Assembly: GCF_006345805.1 (NCBI RefSeq)
Contig: NC_043011.1
Location: 62,446,464-62,510,463, forward strand
Direction: 5' to 3'
Source of the DNA: Octopus sinensis
Taxonomy: Eukaryota
Length of the DNA: 64,000 nt
Part shown: piece after piece, positions 51,327-64,000 of the stretch
How positions within the stretch are numbered: position 1 is the stretch's first letter
Layout of the letters: each line of letters opens with the position of its first letter
Notes under the pieces: generated by a model
Databases searched by the model: none
What the model was told of the DNA's origin: nothing
What the model saw: the letters and a program-made list of their open reading frames with translations, nothing else
Translations under genes and position numbers: made by a program

Positions 51327-51385
<59 letters not shown>

Positions 51386-51390
51386 TATAT

Positions 51391-51422
<32 letters not shown>

Positions 51423-51433
51423 ATATATAATAT

Positions 51434-51474
<41 letters not shown>

Positions 51475-51477
<3 letters not shown>

Positions 51478-51888
51478 CGCAGGAGTGGCTGTGTGGTAAG
51501 TAGCTTGCTAACCAACCACATGGTTCCGGGTTCAGTCTCACTGCGTGGCATCTTGGGCAAGTGTCTTTTGCTATAGCCCCGGGCCGACCAATGCCTTGTG
51601 AGTGGATTTGGTAGACGGAAACTCAAAGAAGCCGGTCGTATATATGTATATATATATATATATGTGTGTGTGTATATGTTTGTGTGTCTGTGTTTGTCCC
51701 CCTAGCATTGCTTGACAACTGATGCTGGTGTGTTTACGTCCCCGTTACTTAGCGGTTCGGCAAAAGAGACCGATAGAATAAGTACTAGGCTTACAAAGAA
51801 TAAGTCACGGGGTCGATTTGCTCGACTAAAGGCGGTGCTTCAGCATGGCCGCAGTCAAATGATTGAAACAAGTAAAAGAGTAAAAGAG
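51475..51888 (+). mobile_element. SINE family A, full length
   Basis: aggcgcaggagtggctgtgtggtaag head to taaaagag tail. Confidence 0.85.
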
Positions 51889-52205
51889 TATATATATAAA
51901 TCAAATTGGAGATAAAACCACTGTTAGGCAAATCAAACAGTGAAAAACATAAGCCAAAACATAAACATATATATAATTAATATAATATACAAAAAATCTA
52001 AAGTTTAAAATTTAAATTATTAATTTAAAATTTTTTTATATTTATAAATTTTTATATACCTTTTATGTATTTTTCAAATTTTTAATTATGAATTTTAAAA
52101 CTTTTAATTTATTTATTTAATTTATATTTATGCTGTGAAATTTGATTTAATCTTTTTTCCCTGTAAGTTTGGATTTAATCCATAATATTATTATTATATA
52201 TATAC

Positions 52206-52266
<61 letters not shown>

Positions 52267-52267
52267 C

Positions 52268-52295
<28 letters not shown>

Positions 52296-52298
<3 letters not shown>

Positions 52299-52418
52299 AT
52301 AATTCACCAAAAAACATAAGACGAAGACAGGTGATGGTAGACGACAAACAGATGCGTTAGTTTAAGGCTCAGGAAGTGAAAAAGTCTTTAACGTTTCGAG
52401 CCTATGCTCTTCAAGAAA
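52296..52418 (-). mobile_element. 3' end of the same HHR-bearing family as 30913-31579, core partly deleted
   Basis: Reverse complement c ttgaa gagc atag gctc GAAA cgtt..catctgtttgt..cacctgtcttcgtc. Confidence 0.65.
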
Positions 52419-52456
52419 TAAGTGGAAATTTTACCGGTGAGTGTGTTAAATTATAA

Positions 52457-52532
52457 GGCACCAAACGAGAATCGAACTCGGAATCTAAGGATTAGCAGCC
52501 CGCGCTGTTAACCACTACGCCATATGCTTGCG
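52457..52532 (-). mobile_element. tRNA-like SINE head (family D)
   Basis: A and B boxes present; acceptor stem does not pair. Confidence 0.6.
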
Positions 52533-54579
52533 CTTCCACATATTTATATATGCCTCTACATATTTTCCATTTTCCACTATTCGACTTGAATGACATCAAG
52601 TTTCCAAAAGAAGAGTTTTAATATCTCAGCACCCGGAGCGTAAAATCGAACTCGCGACTACAATGTTTCGAAGCGAATATTTAAACCACACTTCCATAAC
52701 TCTCCCTATTTCTATGCATATTCGCATATCTTTACTGCTATAGATAAAAAGCTCAACCAATATTAAAAGCAATACTCGGCACTTAATAGCCATATTGTGG
52801 ATATCTTTATTTTTCAGGTTTTCAATTTATTTCGAAATAGGTTTTGCGTTGAATATTATGTTTTGTCACCCGTTTCTGCTATTGGAATATGCATATCTAT
52901 GTCATGAATATGTATAAACTGTGGAGAGCATAAATATTTCATAATAGAGACAGATTAATGATGAGGAATGGGAGAGATAATTTTGAGGGAAAAACATTGA
53001 AATAAGGGCTATATATAAATACATACATATATACATGCATATATATATATATAATATATATAGATACATGTATACATATATGTGTATATATGATATATAT
53101 ATATATAAATATGTGTATATATAATATTTATATATATAAATATGTGTATTTATAATATTTATATATATAAATATGTGTATTTATAATATTTATATATATA
53201 AATATGTGTATATATATATATATTTGAATATACACGCATTTAGAGTCACACGTTTTCAAAATATAAAGATATAAAGACACATATGTGTGTGTGTGTGTGT
53301 GTGTGCAGGTAGGAATAGCACATATACAGAGTGCGTGTATGAGAGAACCCGTGAGTGGTACATATATGTCTGCGCGCGCCCATTTGCGTGTGCGAGCACG
53401 TGTGTGTATAAGCGTGTTTGTATATATATATATATATATATATGTGTGTATGTATGTATGAATGCATATGTGCATGCGTATGTGCGCGTGTGTGAGTGTG
53501 TGCATGCGTATGTTTATATTTTTATATATGCAGAAATAGAAAGAGAGATATATAGAAAGAGAGAGAGAGAGAGAGAGTGTGTGTGTGTGTGTGAAGGAGA
53601 TACTGAGTGAAAGAGAGGGAGAGAAATAGAGAGCGAGAGCGTGTGTGCTGACATTAGTATAAATCTGCGAGATGGCGTGAATTGAATGATGCAACTATTT
53701 CTGTTAATATGTTTAAGATATTGCGACAGCGATTTTCAAATGAAATTAAAGATTGGCATTTCAAATAGAACAGTTATAGGTTATGTAAATAACATAGCTT
53801 TGGAAGCGAAGTTTCCAGGGGAAAATAAGGAATTCAGATTTGACCTTTTAATATTTACTGCTGAACGGTGACAAAAGGTCATCAGCATTGAATATTAAAT
53901 ACTAGCATTATATACAGAAGCACAGCAGTTGCGTGCGTTTGTGTGCTCAAGTACGTTTGTATAGAGAAGTACAAACAGACATTCGTGCATTCGTACAGCC
54001 ATATATAAATGCGTAACTACCTACATATATACATCTAAACATGCATGTTTAGTTGTATATATGTTGGTAGTATGTAGTTAGGGGTAGAGTTATCTATATA
54101 TATATATGTGTGTGTATTAATAAGGTAGTATTATTACTGTCATTTACTGTAATAAGGTGGCTAGCAAGTTCACTCCTTTATAGGCACAATATAATGCAAT
54201 TTAAAGTAATTTAAGATTAGGAGGCTTTGATTTTAGTAAGTGGTTTTATATAGCCGACCTAATCGTTAATTACTTTATATATATAATCGTTAACAGACCG
54301 AGAACAGTAAAAAACGTTTCAATGAAAGATAAAGTATTGCAATTCAAATGTATTACTTTCCAGCAAAAAGCACCGTAAAGGTGGAAGTATAAATATAGTG
54401 TAGTGGTACAACAAAACACCAATGTTTACTGGAAATAGCAGTCGATACAGTTACGACGCTATAGTAAAGCTTCACTGTGTATATACTGGCAAAGACGTGT
54501 GACGGCAGCGAACATAACAAATGTTGTCTTACCTGTCGGAAGAACATTATAAAAATGGACAACTAGAATCGGATAATTC

Positions 54580-54890
54580 AGTACCAAGGTTTCATCTTTT
54601 CAGGGTCGATAAAATAAGTATCAGTTTGACGCTGAGGGTCTTGTGCCGAAATTTGAATATATAAAACGGTGAACTGGCAGAATCGTTAGCACGACGGGCA
54701 AAATGCTTAGCGGCATTTTGTCCGTTTTTACGTTCAGAGATCAAATCCCGCCGAGGCCGTCTTTGTTTGCCTTTTCTGTTTCCAGGGTCGATGAAATAAG
54801 TACCAGTTGAACACTGGGGTTGGTTGAATTGACTTAGTTCATCCTCCAAAAATGTTGGCTCTGTGCCAGAATGTGAAACCATTGTTATTC
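54580..54890. mobile_element. SINE family B fragments
   Basis: aacggtgaactggcagaatcgttagc head at ~54665 and a preceding fragment. Confidence 0.7.
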
Positions 54891-56477
54891 TTACTATACA
54901 TTAGCGCAGCGACCTAGTAGAATCGTCAGGAAGTTGGCAAAGTCATTTACATTTCTTCCCGGTTTTTTTTTTACGCCAGGAGTCCAAATCCAGCCGTTCA
55001 ATAGTTCTGAGATCGATAAAATTGGCTAAACAAATCTCCATTTGCTTCTTTGTTTCTATTAGCCTATGCATATCTTTATGTTGCTCATGTCTCTGGGTAG
55101 CCAACTTGAGACAACTGCTTCTGTAATGACCATTAAAAAATTCTTCTTACATGTGAATATTTTTGAATCCAATAGAATTATTTTAAAATTACTGAACCTA
55201 CATTTAATTTATTGGAGCCTTTTAGATTTAAAAAGTTATTAAATCCAGCTGAGATTCTCTGGATCTACCGATTCCCTTTTAAGTTTTGGCGTTCCTTCAG
55301 ACAGTTTGGGGCCACTAAATTGGATGTGACTCTCTTTATTGTCTTGTTTTGAATTTGGAAATAATAAGGGGCCCTCAAAAGACACTTTGTCCTCGGATCC
55401 CCACCAGATCTAAATCTAGCCCTAGCATTCTGTAACTCTACTATTGGGAAGCCATAAATATTGATTGCCTGAGACATAAATATTGTACTAAGCTCGTCCA
55501 TGCCCTTGCTGGCTACAGATCTTTTAATTGTTCGTTTTGAATTTCTTTGGTTTGCCAATATTAATAGGAGCCACGCCGCAAACATTTACTTCACGACCTC
55601 GGTCAGGCAGAAACTGTCTGAAAAGTGCGTAAACAATTTTTATCGAATATTTCTTTAACTTCGTTTTAGCTGTATATAGAATACGCATACAGCATACGTG
55701 CATATATATATATATATTTATATATATATACATATATATATATGTATATATATATTTATGTATATATATGTATATATATGTATATATGTATACACATGTA
55801 TACACACACACACACACATATATATACAGTTATGTATGTACATAAATATATACACACGCACAAATATATATATATATAGTAAAGAAATATATACATAAAG
55901 ATACATATACATTAATACATTTAATGTATATGTGTGTACATGTGTGTGTATTTGTGTGTGTGTGTGTGTATACATTATATATATCTATCTATCTATATCT
56001 ATATATACACGCATATATATCTATATTTACACACTAACACACACACACACCACAACAAAAACACACACACAGAGCAAAAGCTCACACACACACACGTATA
56101 TATGTAATTTAAACATGATTGTTAGTGCTGTTGATATAATAGATGATATTTTGAATATACTTTTGTAAACCCAAGCATTACCCCAAGTCAATTGATCAAC
56201 GTTTCTATTTTCAATATTTACGACAAAATACTGGAGGAAAAGCAACACGGATTCATATTTATGTGTTGCTATAAGGTTATATTTTGTCCATTACTGATAT
56301 TTTAACCTTCAAACGAACTATTCTTTCACAACACACAATAATTACATTTTCTTCTTAAACTAATATTTATAGTTATGGAAAAATGTAAAACTATATTAAA
56401 ATAGTCCTGACTCACTTTATAGATATTTCACAATGTATGTACACATACATCGACATATATGCATACACGCACACACG

Positions 56478-56508
<31 letters not shown>

Positions 56509-57148
56509 ATTTGTTTTTTTTTTATTTGGTTAGCAAGATTCTGTATTCTGAATTAGTGTGCAAGGAAAATTTTAGAACAAAAATAATGAGTGGAAATTGA
56601 ACAGGTAAGTGTGTTGCTAAATAAGGCATTAAAACAGAATGACCCCACCAGGCACAACAGAATTTATTTGTGGAAGTCTGTTTGCCTATGAACTCTAACA
56701 TTCCATGGTTTTAAAAATTGAACTTTGGACGTACTTTGTGTGAGGGGAGTAAAAACATCTTTTTTATAATATTTTTGTTTCATAAAACATTCTTAGTCGT
56801 TTGATATTTTATCTTAGTTTATGGGCTTCGTTTTTGGTAGTATTGCACACTTTTGAAAATTTAGTCGTTTATTTACCCTTTTGAGACGCCGTGCTATTTG
56901 TATTTTATTTACACATATATATATTTATCTTCTGTGTTCTTGCCTATATGTATATCCTTTTTATACAATGGTGATATTCATATATGATTCAATGTTTGAG
57001 ATATGATGTTATATATTAAGTCGTTGACTCGGATCTAATGTTTATTCTGTGAACAATGTTTATTTATCTTTGTCTCCTATATTTGATCACCTCTTTTTAC
57101 AGTCTTTTAAACGCTTTTGTTTCCATAAAGGAGACAAATATTATTTCT

Positions 57149-57192
<44 letters not shown>

Positions 57193-57299
57193 GACATGGC
57201 AGAAGTAAATAGATACCCTACAAAACATCGTTTTCTGTTTATTCTAACTTGTAAAGATTTATATCTTATATTAATTGACATGTTTACCTTTCAGTTTCT

Positions 57300-57690
57300 A
57301 TGTGTGACGCTTGAATCATGCCTCGTACAAAAGAAGACTTGAAACTCCGAATTTCAAAGAGGGCGCACCATGCATCAATGTCAAGGTCCCTTCGCTTTCT
57401 AAAGAGAAGTGTGGAGGATAATTCCCTTTGGAAGGCCTCTGACATAACACAAGTTGATGTCAGTCCCAGAACAGCCGTCAGGTATCTCCATAAACTTGGT
57501 TACTATGGCAAAGCAGCAAGAAGAAAGCCACTTCTTCGAACAGCCAATATCAAGCGGAGAAAAGGTTGGGCCAGTGTGATGGTAGAGAGGCCACTAGCAT
57601 TTTAAGATGTTGTTATACTCTCTGTTGAGTCCAGTTTGATGTTTTTTTCTGACTGTGGTTAAGTGTGAGTATGGAGACACTGACGAGAAA
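57300..57690 (+). pseudogene. Tc1-family transposase fragment (different family from 26710-27897)
   Basis: VSPRTAVRYLHKLGYYGKAARRKPLLRTANIKRRKGWA..VVILSVES. Confidence 0.7.
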
Positions 57691-57778
57691 AGCTAGGATC
57701 AGTACGAGTCTTAGCAAAAAAACAAACAAAAAAATCAATACTGGGGTCAATTCATTCGGCTAAAAGTTCTAGAAAGCG

Positions 57779-57916
57779 GGCCACAGCATGGCCACAGCAT
57801 GGCCACAGCATGGTCACAGCATGGCCACAGCATGGCCACAGCATGGCCACAGCGTGACCACAGCATGGCACAGCATGGCCACAGCATGGCCACAGCGTGA
57901 CCACAGCATGGCCACA
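57779..57916 (+). repeat. 11-bp minisatellite (GGCCACAGCAT), about 12.5 copies, inside a SINE-A-like tail
   Basis: 12 units plus a partial; flanked by ctggggtcaattcattcggctaaaag. Confidence 0.95.
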
Positions 57917-59604
57917 CTATAGCTGCTGCATGACCGCTGTCTAAGGATTGAAGCAGACAAACGATACAGATATGCATACAACCTTACCCGAATATGAATT
58001 CAGAACATAAAGCCCAAAGAAATTCCACTGGGCATTTTGTCCGGCATACTAACGGTTCCTCTATCTTACCATCTCAACAATGATAACAATATCATTGCAT
58101 TTCGGGACGGTCATTTTCTCATTTTTTCTGTCAAATAAACACACGCACTATGTATTCTTACTTCACTCGTTTATTACTCTTCTTATTTTACTTCATGTTC
58201 ATTGGCAAGAATTCTTTCGTCATACATCTGTGACCGCTTCAGCGACATTTTCCGTCCAATAATAATAATTATGATGACGATATATTCTATTGGCCTCACT
58301 GAAAATAATAAGAGAAATCTATGCGTACTGGACCAAGTTGAAAAGCGACGAAGGTGAGATGGAAAAGAGGAGAACATTGGAAATATATGAAGATTATGTA
58401 GATAAGATTTGCTGCTAATGTTGGAATAAACTTTATAAATTAGTGAAGTCGAAAGAAGAAATAGCAATTCCCCAGTCAAAAACATCATTAAACTGAAATA
58501 AAAACGAGAATATTATATGTTATTCTGGGTAGCAAACAATGTGATGACATACAAGTAAATAAAATCACTATTATACAAATACTCTCAATCTTAATCTGGA
58601 AAAGTTGAATTGTCACAAATGTAGCTGTTGATTATTGAATGGGGGGGGGGGGCAGAAGTATTGTGGTAGTTAAAGAGACTGAATGTTTAAAAGGCATCAA
58701 CGATGATTTTCTTTTTCTTTTTAGCTTTACCCAATTTCCGGAAAGGATACCTTAACTCGTTACAGAGGAAATACAGAGAAAGACAAATTAGTTTAGGGAA
58801 ATAAAGACAAACAGGACGAATGAGTGTGAGATGTAATAGAAGTAACGAAATAGAAATAACGAAAACACATCGATTACGAGAGAGCATAAAGCTTTATAAA
58901 GAAATAAAGAAAACTTTAAGAAAAATGTGAAAGAAATGTCAGTCAACAGCTGAATGGTGTTGTCGTACGATCAGCTTAAGTGCCAGATGAGAGTATATTT
59001 GGGGATTGCTGATCGAATATTTGGAGCAACAGGCTGGAAATAGAAAAGAGGTGTAAACTGGCTAAACTAAGGATTTTACCTGTCGCATTTTAGCTCTTAC
59101 ATTTTACTTATTTCAGGAAATGGATTGCAGCCACACTGGAGTACCACATCGGGATGTTTTAGTGGAATAAATCGCCACCTGTACTTATTTATTTCAAGTT
59201 AAGTTTGGTACTGAGGCTATATGTTCCTTTGGCTGAAAATCCAAGTTGCTGGGACGTAAACAAACCAACGCCGATCTAAATCAATGCTGGGAGACAAATA
59301 AGTACAAACACAGACACACACACACACACACACACACACATACTTATATACATGCGTTCTCCCAACTTAGCGGTTCGGCAAAATTAACCGATACAATAAA
59401 CGACAAGGTTTAATCGATTTCTTTCAATAAATCTTTCAACACTTCCAGGTGTTGCTATGACATGGCCGTGACCGACGGACTGAAAAAACTAAAGGAAAAT
59501 TATATATAAGTATATAATATATATGATGATATATACATATAGACATATATACATACACACACAATATGCATATATATATATGTATGTATATATATATATA
59601 TACA

Positions 59605-59664
<60 letters not shown>

Positions 59665-59668
<4 letters not shown>

Positions 59669-59950
59669 TCTTTTATTTGTTTCACTCATTTGACTGCGGT
59701 CATGCTGGAGTACCACCTTTTGTCGAATAAATCGACCCTAGGACTTATTCTTTTAAGCCTAGTACGTATTCTATCGGTTTCTTTTGTCGAGTGGCTAATT
59801 TACGAGGAGTAAACACACCAACAAAGGTTGTCAATCGATGGTGGTGCGGGGAGAGACACATATACACAAGCACACCCATACACATATACACACACAGACA
59901 TATACGACGGATTTCTTTCAGTTCCGGTCTACCAAATCCACTCACAAGGG
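59665..59950 (-). mobile_element. SINE family A body and tail
   Basis: Similarity to 3258-3545. Confidence 0.75.
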
Positions 59951-60381
59951 TGATAGAAAGACGCCGTACATATGTATGTATGAATGTACGTATGTATGTA
60001 TGTATGTATGTATGTATGTGTGTATGTATGTATGTATGTATGTATGTATGTATGTATGTATGTATGTATGCGTATGTGCCTTTGTCTTTGTGTCTTTCAT
60101 GCTACATGTTTTACAACCGGATATTGGTTTGCTTTCGTCACCGTAGCTTTGCGGTTCGGCCAGAAAAAAAAAAAATCAACAGAAGTTTCAAACTTTAAAA
60201 ATATAAATTTACTGCGGCCGATTTGTTCGAATAAGTTCCTTCAATATGATTATAGTAAAAACACTTGCCCAAGCTCAACCGGGAACCATGTGAGTGGGAA
60301 GCAATATTCTTACCACACAGCTACGCCTGCGCCCCACAGCACATCCACACTTGCCCCTCCACACAGCCACATACACGCACA

Positions 60382-60415
<34 letters not shown>

Positions 60416-61372
60416 ACACACACACACACACTCACATATATATATATAGCAAAGTGAAGTTGTAAGGTACCGCACGAGTAGAATTATATATGAAAGAAGG
60501 TTTGAAATAAACATATTTTAAAATTGCATTTTCAAACCTTCTTTTATATATATATATATAGATTGATTGATGGAGATATTCGGTTTTACTGAGGCTATCG
60601 TATGTGGACATAAAAAAACTACGGTATAAAATCAAAATCTACAATGTATGCTAAAAGAAATAAATCGATATTTCAAAGAAGAATCAAAAACATAAAGTAG
60701 AAGAGTGAATTATATTTAGCTTTCTATAGCTTATATATTTTACTTGCAACAATGAAGTCTTAATATTTATTGATGTTGCTTATCTTCCCGATGGTGCAGT
60801 TGTAACTTCGACATTGTTATTGCAGTAACCGTGTAGGTGTGTGTGAGTGGGTGAGAGAGAGAGAGAGAGAGAGGGCGAGAGAGAGAGAGAGAGAGTTTGG
60901 CAGAGTAGAGCGAGGTAGAAAAAAAAGAGAGCGTAAAGAGAAAGTAAAGAATAAGGAATGGTGCGTCAGCATCTTGATGAACGTCGGATTTCAGATGTGT
61001 GAACCGTTACAACGAGGTGTTTATCACCAAACAGGAATAATTAAATTGTCAGGTTTGGTTTTATTCGTTCAGTCCCTCTGGTCAGGCCTGACGGAGCACA
61101 TATATAAGAATGCGAGCGGGTTCAATACGTACCTACATGTACATACGTACGTACGCATGTATGTATGTATGTATGTATGTATGCAGGCATTATGTGTGTA
61201 TGTGTGTGTACACATACACATATATACATATACATGTCTATATATATATATCTAATGTAGGATAAACTTTTTTCGAAAAAATTCTTTTCCCCCAAAAAAT
61301 TTTATCAATGGCCAGCATATTAAAAATACCTTTAAGGTTAAATTTATAAACAATTCATAAATAAGGGCAAAC

Positions 61373-61418
<46 letters not shown>

Positions 61419-61600
61419 TATATATATACATATAGTGAGAGAGAGCGCGAGAAAAAGAGAGAGGGAAAGACAGGCAGAGAATTAAATTGATGGGTAATAA
61501 GCACATACTTTAGTAGATATATAGGTAAATATATAGATAGATAGTTTTAGATGGATTTTGAGATGGACAAAAAGACAAACAGACAGACAGATAGATAGAT

Positions 61601-61638
<38 letters not shown>

Positions 61639-64000
61639 TGAGAGAGGTAGATGTTTTTCGTGAAAGACAGTTAGATAGATAATTGGAGTGACAGCTACAT
61701 ATATCGTTAGCTTAGAGTTAGAGAGTCAGATGAATAGTCACACACACACAAACACACACACACACAAATACACCCACACACACTCACACAAACACACAGA
61801 TATAGTAAAATGCATAGATGAAAATACAAAAAAGAATGAAACATGATGGAGGTGAATCGGTACATAATTCAGTCAGATAAGTATAACTCGTGACAGAAAG
61901 CAAAGATAGAAATATGATACGAAACAGCAATGGAAGACTGTGTACAATGAAATTGAAGTAAATATTTAAAGCGACACTTGACATAAGGTTTTGGCTGACA
62001 ATCATTATTAAAAACAAGGAATAACAACAAGAGAAATAAGAAAAAAAAAGTTATGTCGACTTTACAATATCTTCTCTACATGATGTTTCTATAGAACAAT
62101 GCTACTCAAAGTGGTGGTCGTGGATAGGTGGGGATACGCGGTGGGAAAAGAAAGGAACATTGTAAAATGCGTATGTAATATTGTATTATTTATTTGTAAA
62201 ATACATATAAGGTAAAACAAATTGTCAACTTTTCTTATATTCATTATATAAATTGTTTCCGGTATAAATAATTATTACCAAGAAATATTACCGATCCCTA
62301 GCACATTGGAAAAAAAACTGCTAGTTCGTCACATCAGACAGTTTGAGAAGCACTGCTGAAGAAGACGAGAAAATCACTCGTATACTTTGGGATGTGATCA
62401 TCAGTGACGATAAAGCAATGTTAGATAATTTCTATTTTCATTATTTTGTGAGTTTGTGTGTTTTAGACTTAAAGCGTATAATTTTTGGAAATGTATTCAA
62501 AAATATCGAATTAAGAGTATGTATAATTTTGTTCACTAATATCAGTTTTTTGTCTTCTTATTTATTCTCCTATTGGTATAATCCTGAAATATTAATCTAG
62601 AATTACTAATTTTGTTTTTCAAGTGAAGAAAAATTATTTTACAAATATTTCTTTGGTTTTGCTTTTAATTTGTTTTCATTACTTGTTTTTGCAGTGTTAC
62701 AAATTTACGTTCATGATCCTTTAGAGAATTATAATTTTTTTTCTGCTTTCTGTATTAACACCGGAAGCTAAATATTGGAATTTCTATTCATTAAATTTAA
62801 TATCTTGAATTTAATATCTTAAATTTAATTTCTTATACTTGCTTTAATTATTAAAAGTATTGAAGTGTAGTAGCTAATTTTGTATGGTTTCTAAATACTG
62901 AACAATAACACTTTTCCAAGTATGTTACTAGACTAATTTATATTCTTAATATTTCTAAAATATGGTATTTAAGGGTTTTGAATTTTATATTCTTCAACCT
63001 TATGAAAATTCAAACAGTTTTCTTTTCGTGTTGCTTCTGAAAGCATTTCATGATTCTAAAGACAATTGTTTTATTTAATGAATTTATTTCACCGTTTAAG
63101 TCGGAATGGTAAGCCTTCTGGTAGAATTTCTTAAGTAGGTAATCTTTGTCGCCTACACTTAAATTCTATTTTCGTCGCTCTAACATTTTTGAGGATTCAC
63201 GGTTCTGCTAAAGAATTTCCTTTAATCCCCATAACCTAATCTCAGTAGTTCATGATTTCAATTATATAACAATTAATTTCAAGTCGTCCACTTCAGGGAA
63301 GCCAGCGACTCATGGCTATATTTCTCTTTCTTTCCTTCTTTCTTTCATTCTGTATTATATGGACAGAACAGATAAGTAGATAATTATATAGATAAATGAC
63401 CATACACACATGCATACATATATTTATATATTTGTATATATATATATACATATATATAATTATATAAGTATGTATATATGCATATATGTATATATGAACA
63501 TAAACATAATAATATTTTGTATATATATATGTGTGTGTGCGTGTGTGTGTTTGTGTGTTTATGTGTGTGTGTTTGTGTGCGTGTGTGAGAGAGAGAGGGG
63601 AGAGAGAGAGAGAGAAATTGGACTGACGACAGTTAGTGCTTCCACCCACAGTTGCTTTCGTAGTAGGGGAGAAAGAGAGAGAGAGAGAGAAAGAGAGTTT
63701 ACTAAGAAACAAAAAGAATGGCGAAGTTTCCCTTTAAGAGGAGAGAAACGCACAGGGTTTATATGATGCACATACATATATGCATAGCACCATATATGGA
63801 ATGCATCGGTGGTGACATAAGAACCAAGGTAGTAGAAATAAGAGACACACCCACTTAGTAACGGTTGTATAAGCACACACACATACACATACACCCATAC
63901 ACGCAGGCACGCATGCACTCACTGTTACACGCTCACTCACACACACACATAAATACATAGATTCAGCGCACATACACAGTTCTATGTGTGCATATATCTA

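Noticed and set aside
52457-52532. Functional tRNA-Ser(GCT) gene
   Set aside because: Acceptor stem unpaired, no long variable arm, and a related tailed copy at 46357 indicates a SINE.
53100-53215. 31-bp AT-rich tandem repeat, about 3.5 copies
   Set aside because: Simple slippage product inside a TA array; no further structure.
57779-57916. CRISPR array
   Set aside because: No spacers, contiguous 11-bp units, eukaryotic SINE context.
60965-61010. TTGATGAA-cgtc..gatg motif as a hammerhead
   Set aside because: Extra bases and GAAC instead of GAAA; no stem I.
62360-62400. CTGAAGAAG-acgag..ctcgt hairpin as a hammerhead
   Set aside because: GAAA and the UH triplet are absent after the stem.
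63050-63250. Gypsy integrase-like F.VGDK.YL remnant on the minus strand
   Set aside because: A single short frameshifted motif; not enough support without a database search.

Overview
AT-rich eukaryotic (animal) genomic DNA with a very high load of microsatellites and decayed transposons, one 100-N assembly gap (42131-42230), and no host protein-coding exon that I can recognise. The repeat landscape (tRNA-derived SINEs carrying internal TA/TG tracts, (TAA)n-associated R4/Dong LINEs) suggests an octopod cephalopod; this is inference, not a database result. Transposon content: five R4/Dong-type REL-endonuclease LINE fragments, L1/Tx1-like 3' ends, an RTE-like fragment, Tc1/mariner pseudogenes, Penelope-like element (PLE) fragments and many SINEs. 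Most ORFs in the supplied track are microsatellite artefacts. The main signal is about 12 minimal type-I hammerhead ribozyme (HHR) motifs from several apparently unrelated families, mostly next to (TA)n arrays. The best examples are: (i) a ~2.1-kb element (7753-9824) with identical 384-bp inverted repeats, each carrying an intact HHR, around an open GIY-YIG endonuclease ORF with no reverse transcriptase; (ii) a ~362-nt tandem retrozyme-like unit (24781-25660) whose HHR has a compensatory U3:A8 core; (iii) a ~320-bp monomer with a canonical HHR (12767-12845). All ribozyme folds were read by eye and none was computed or tested.
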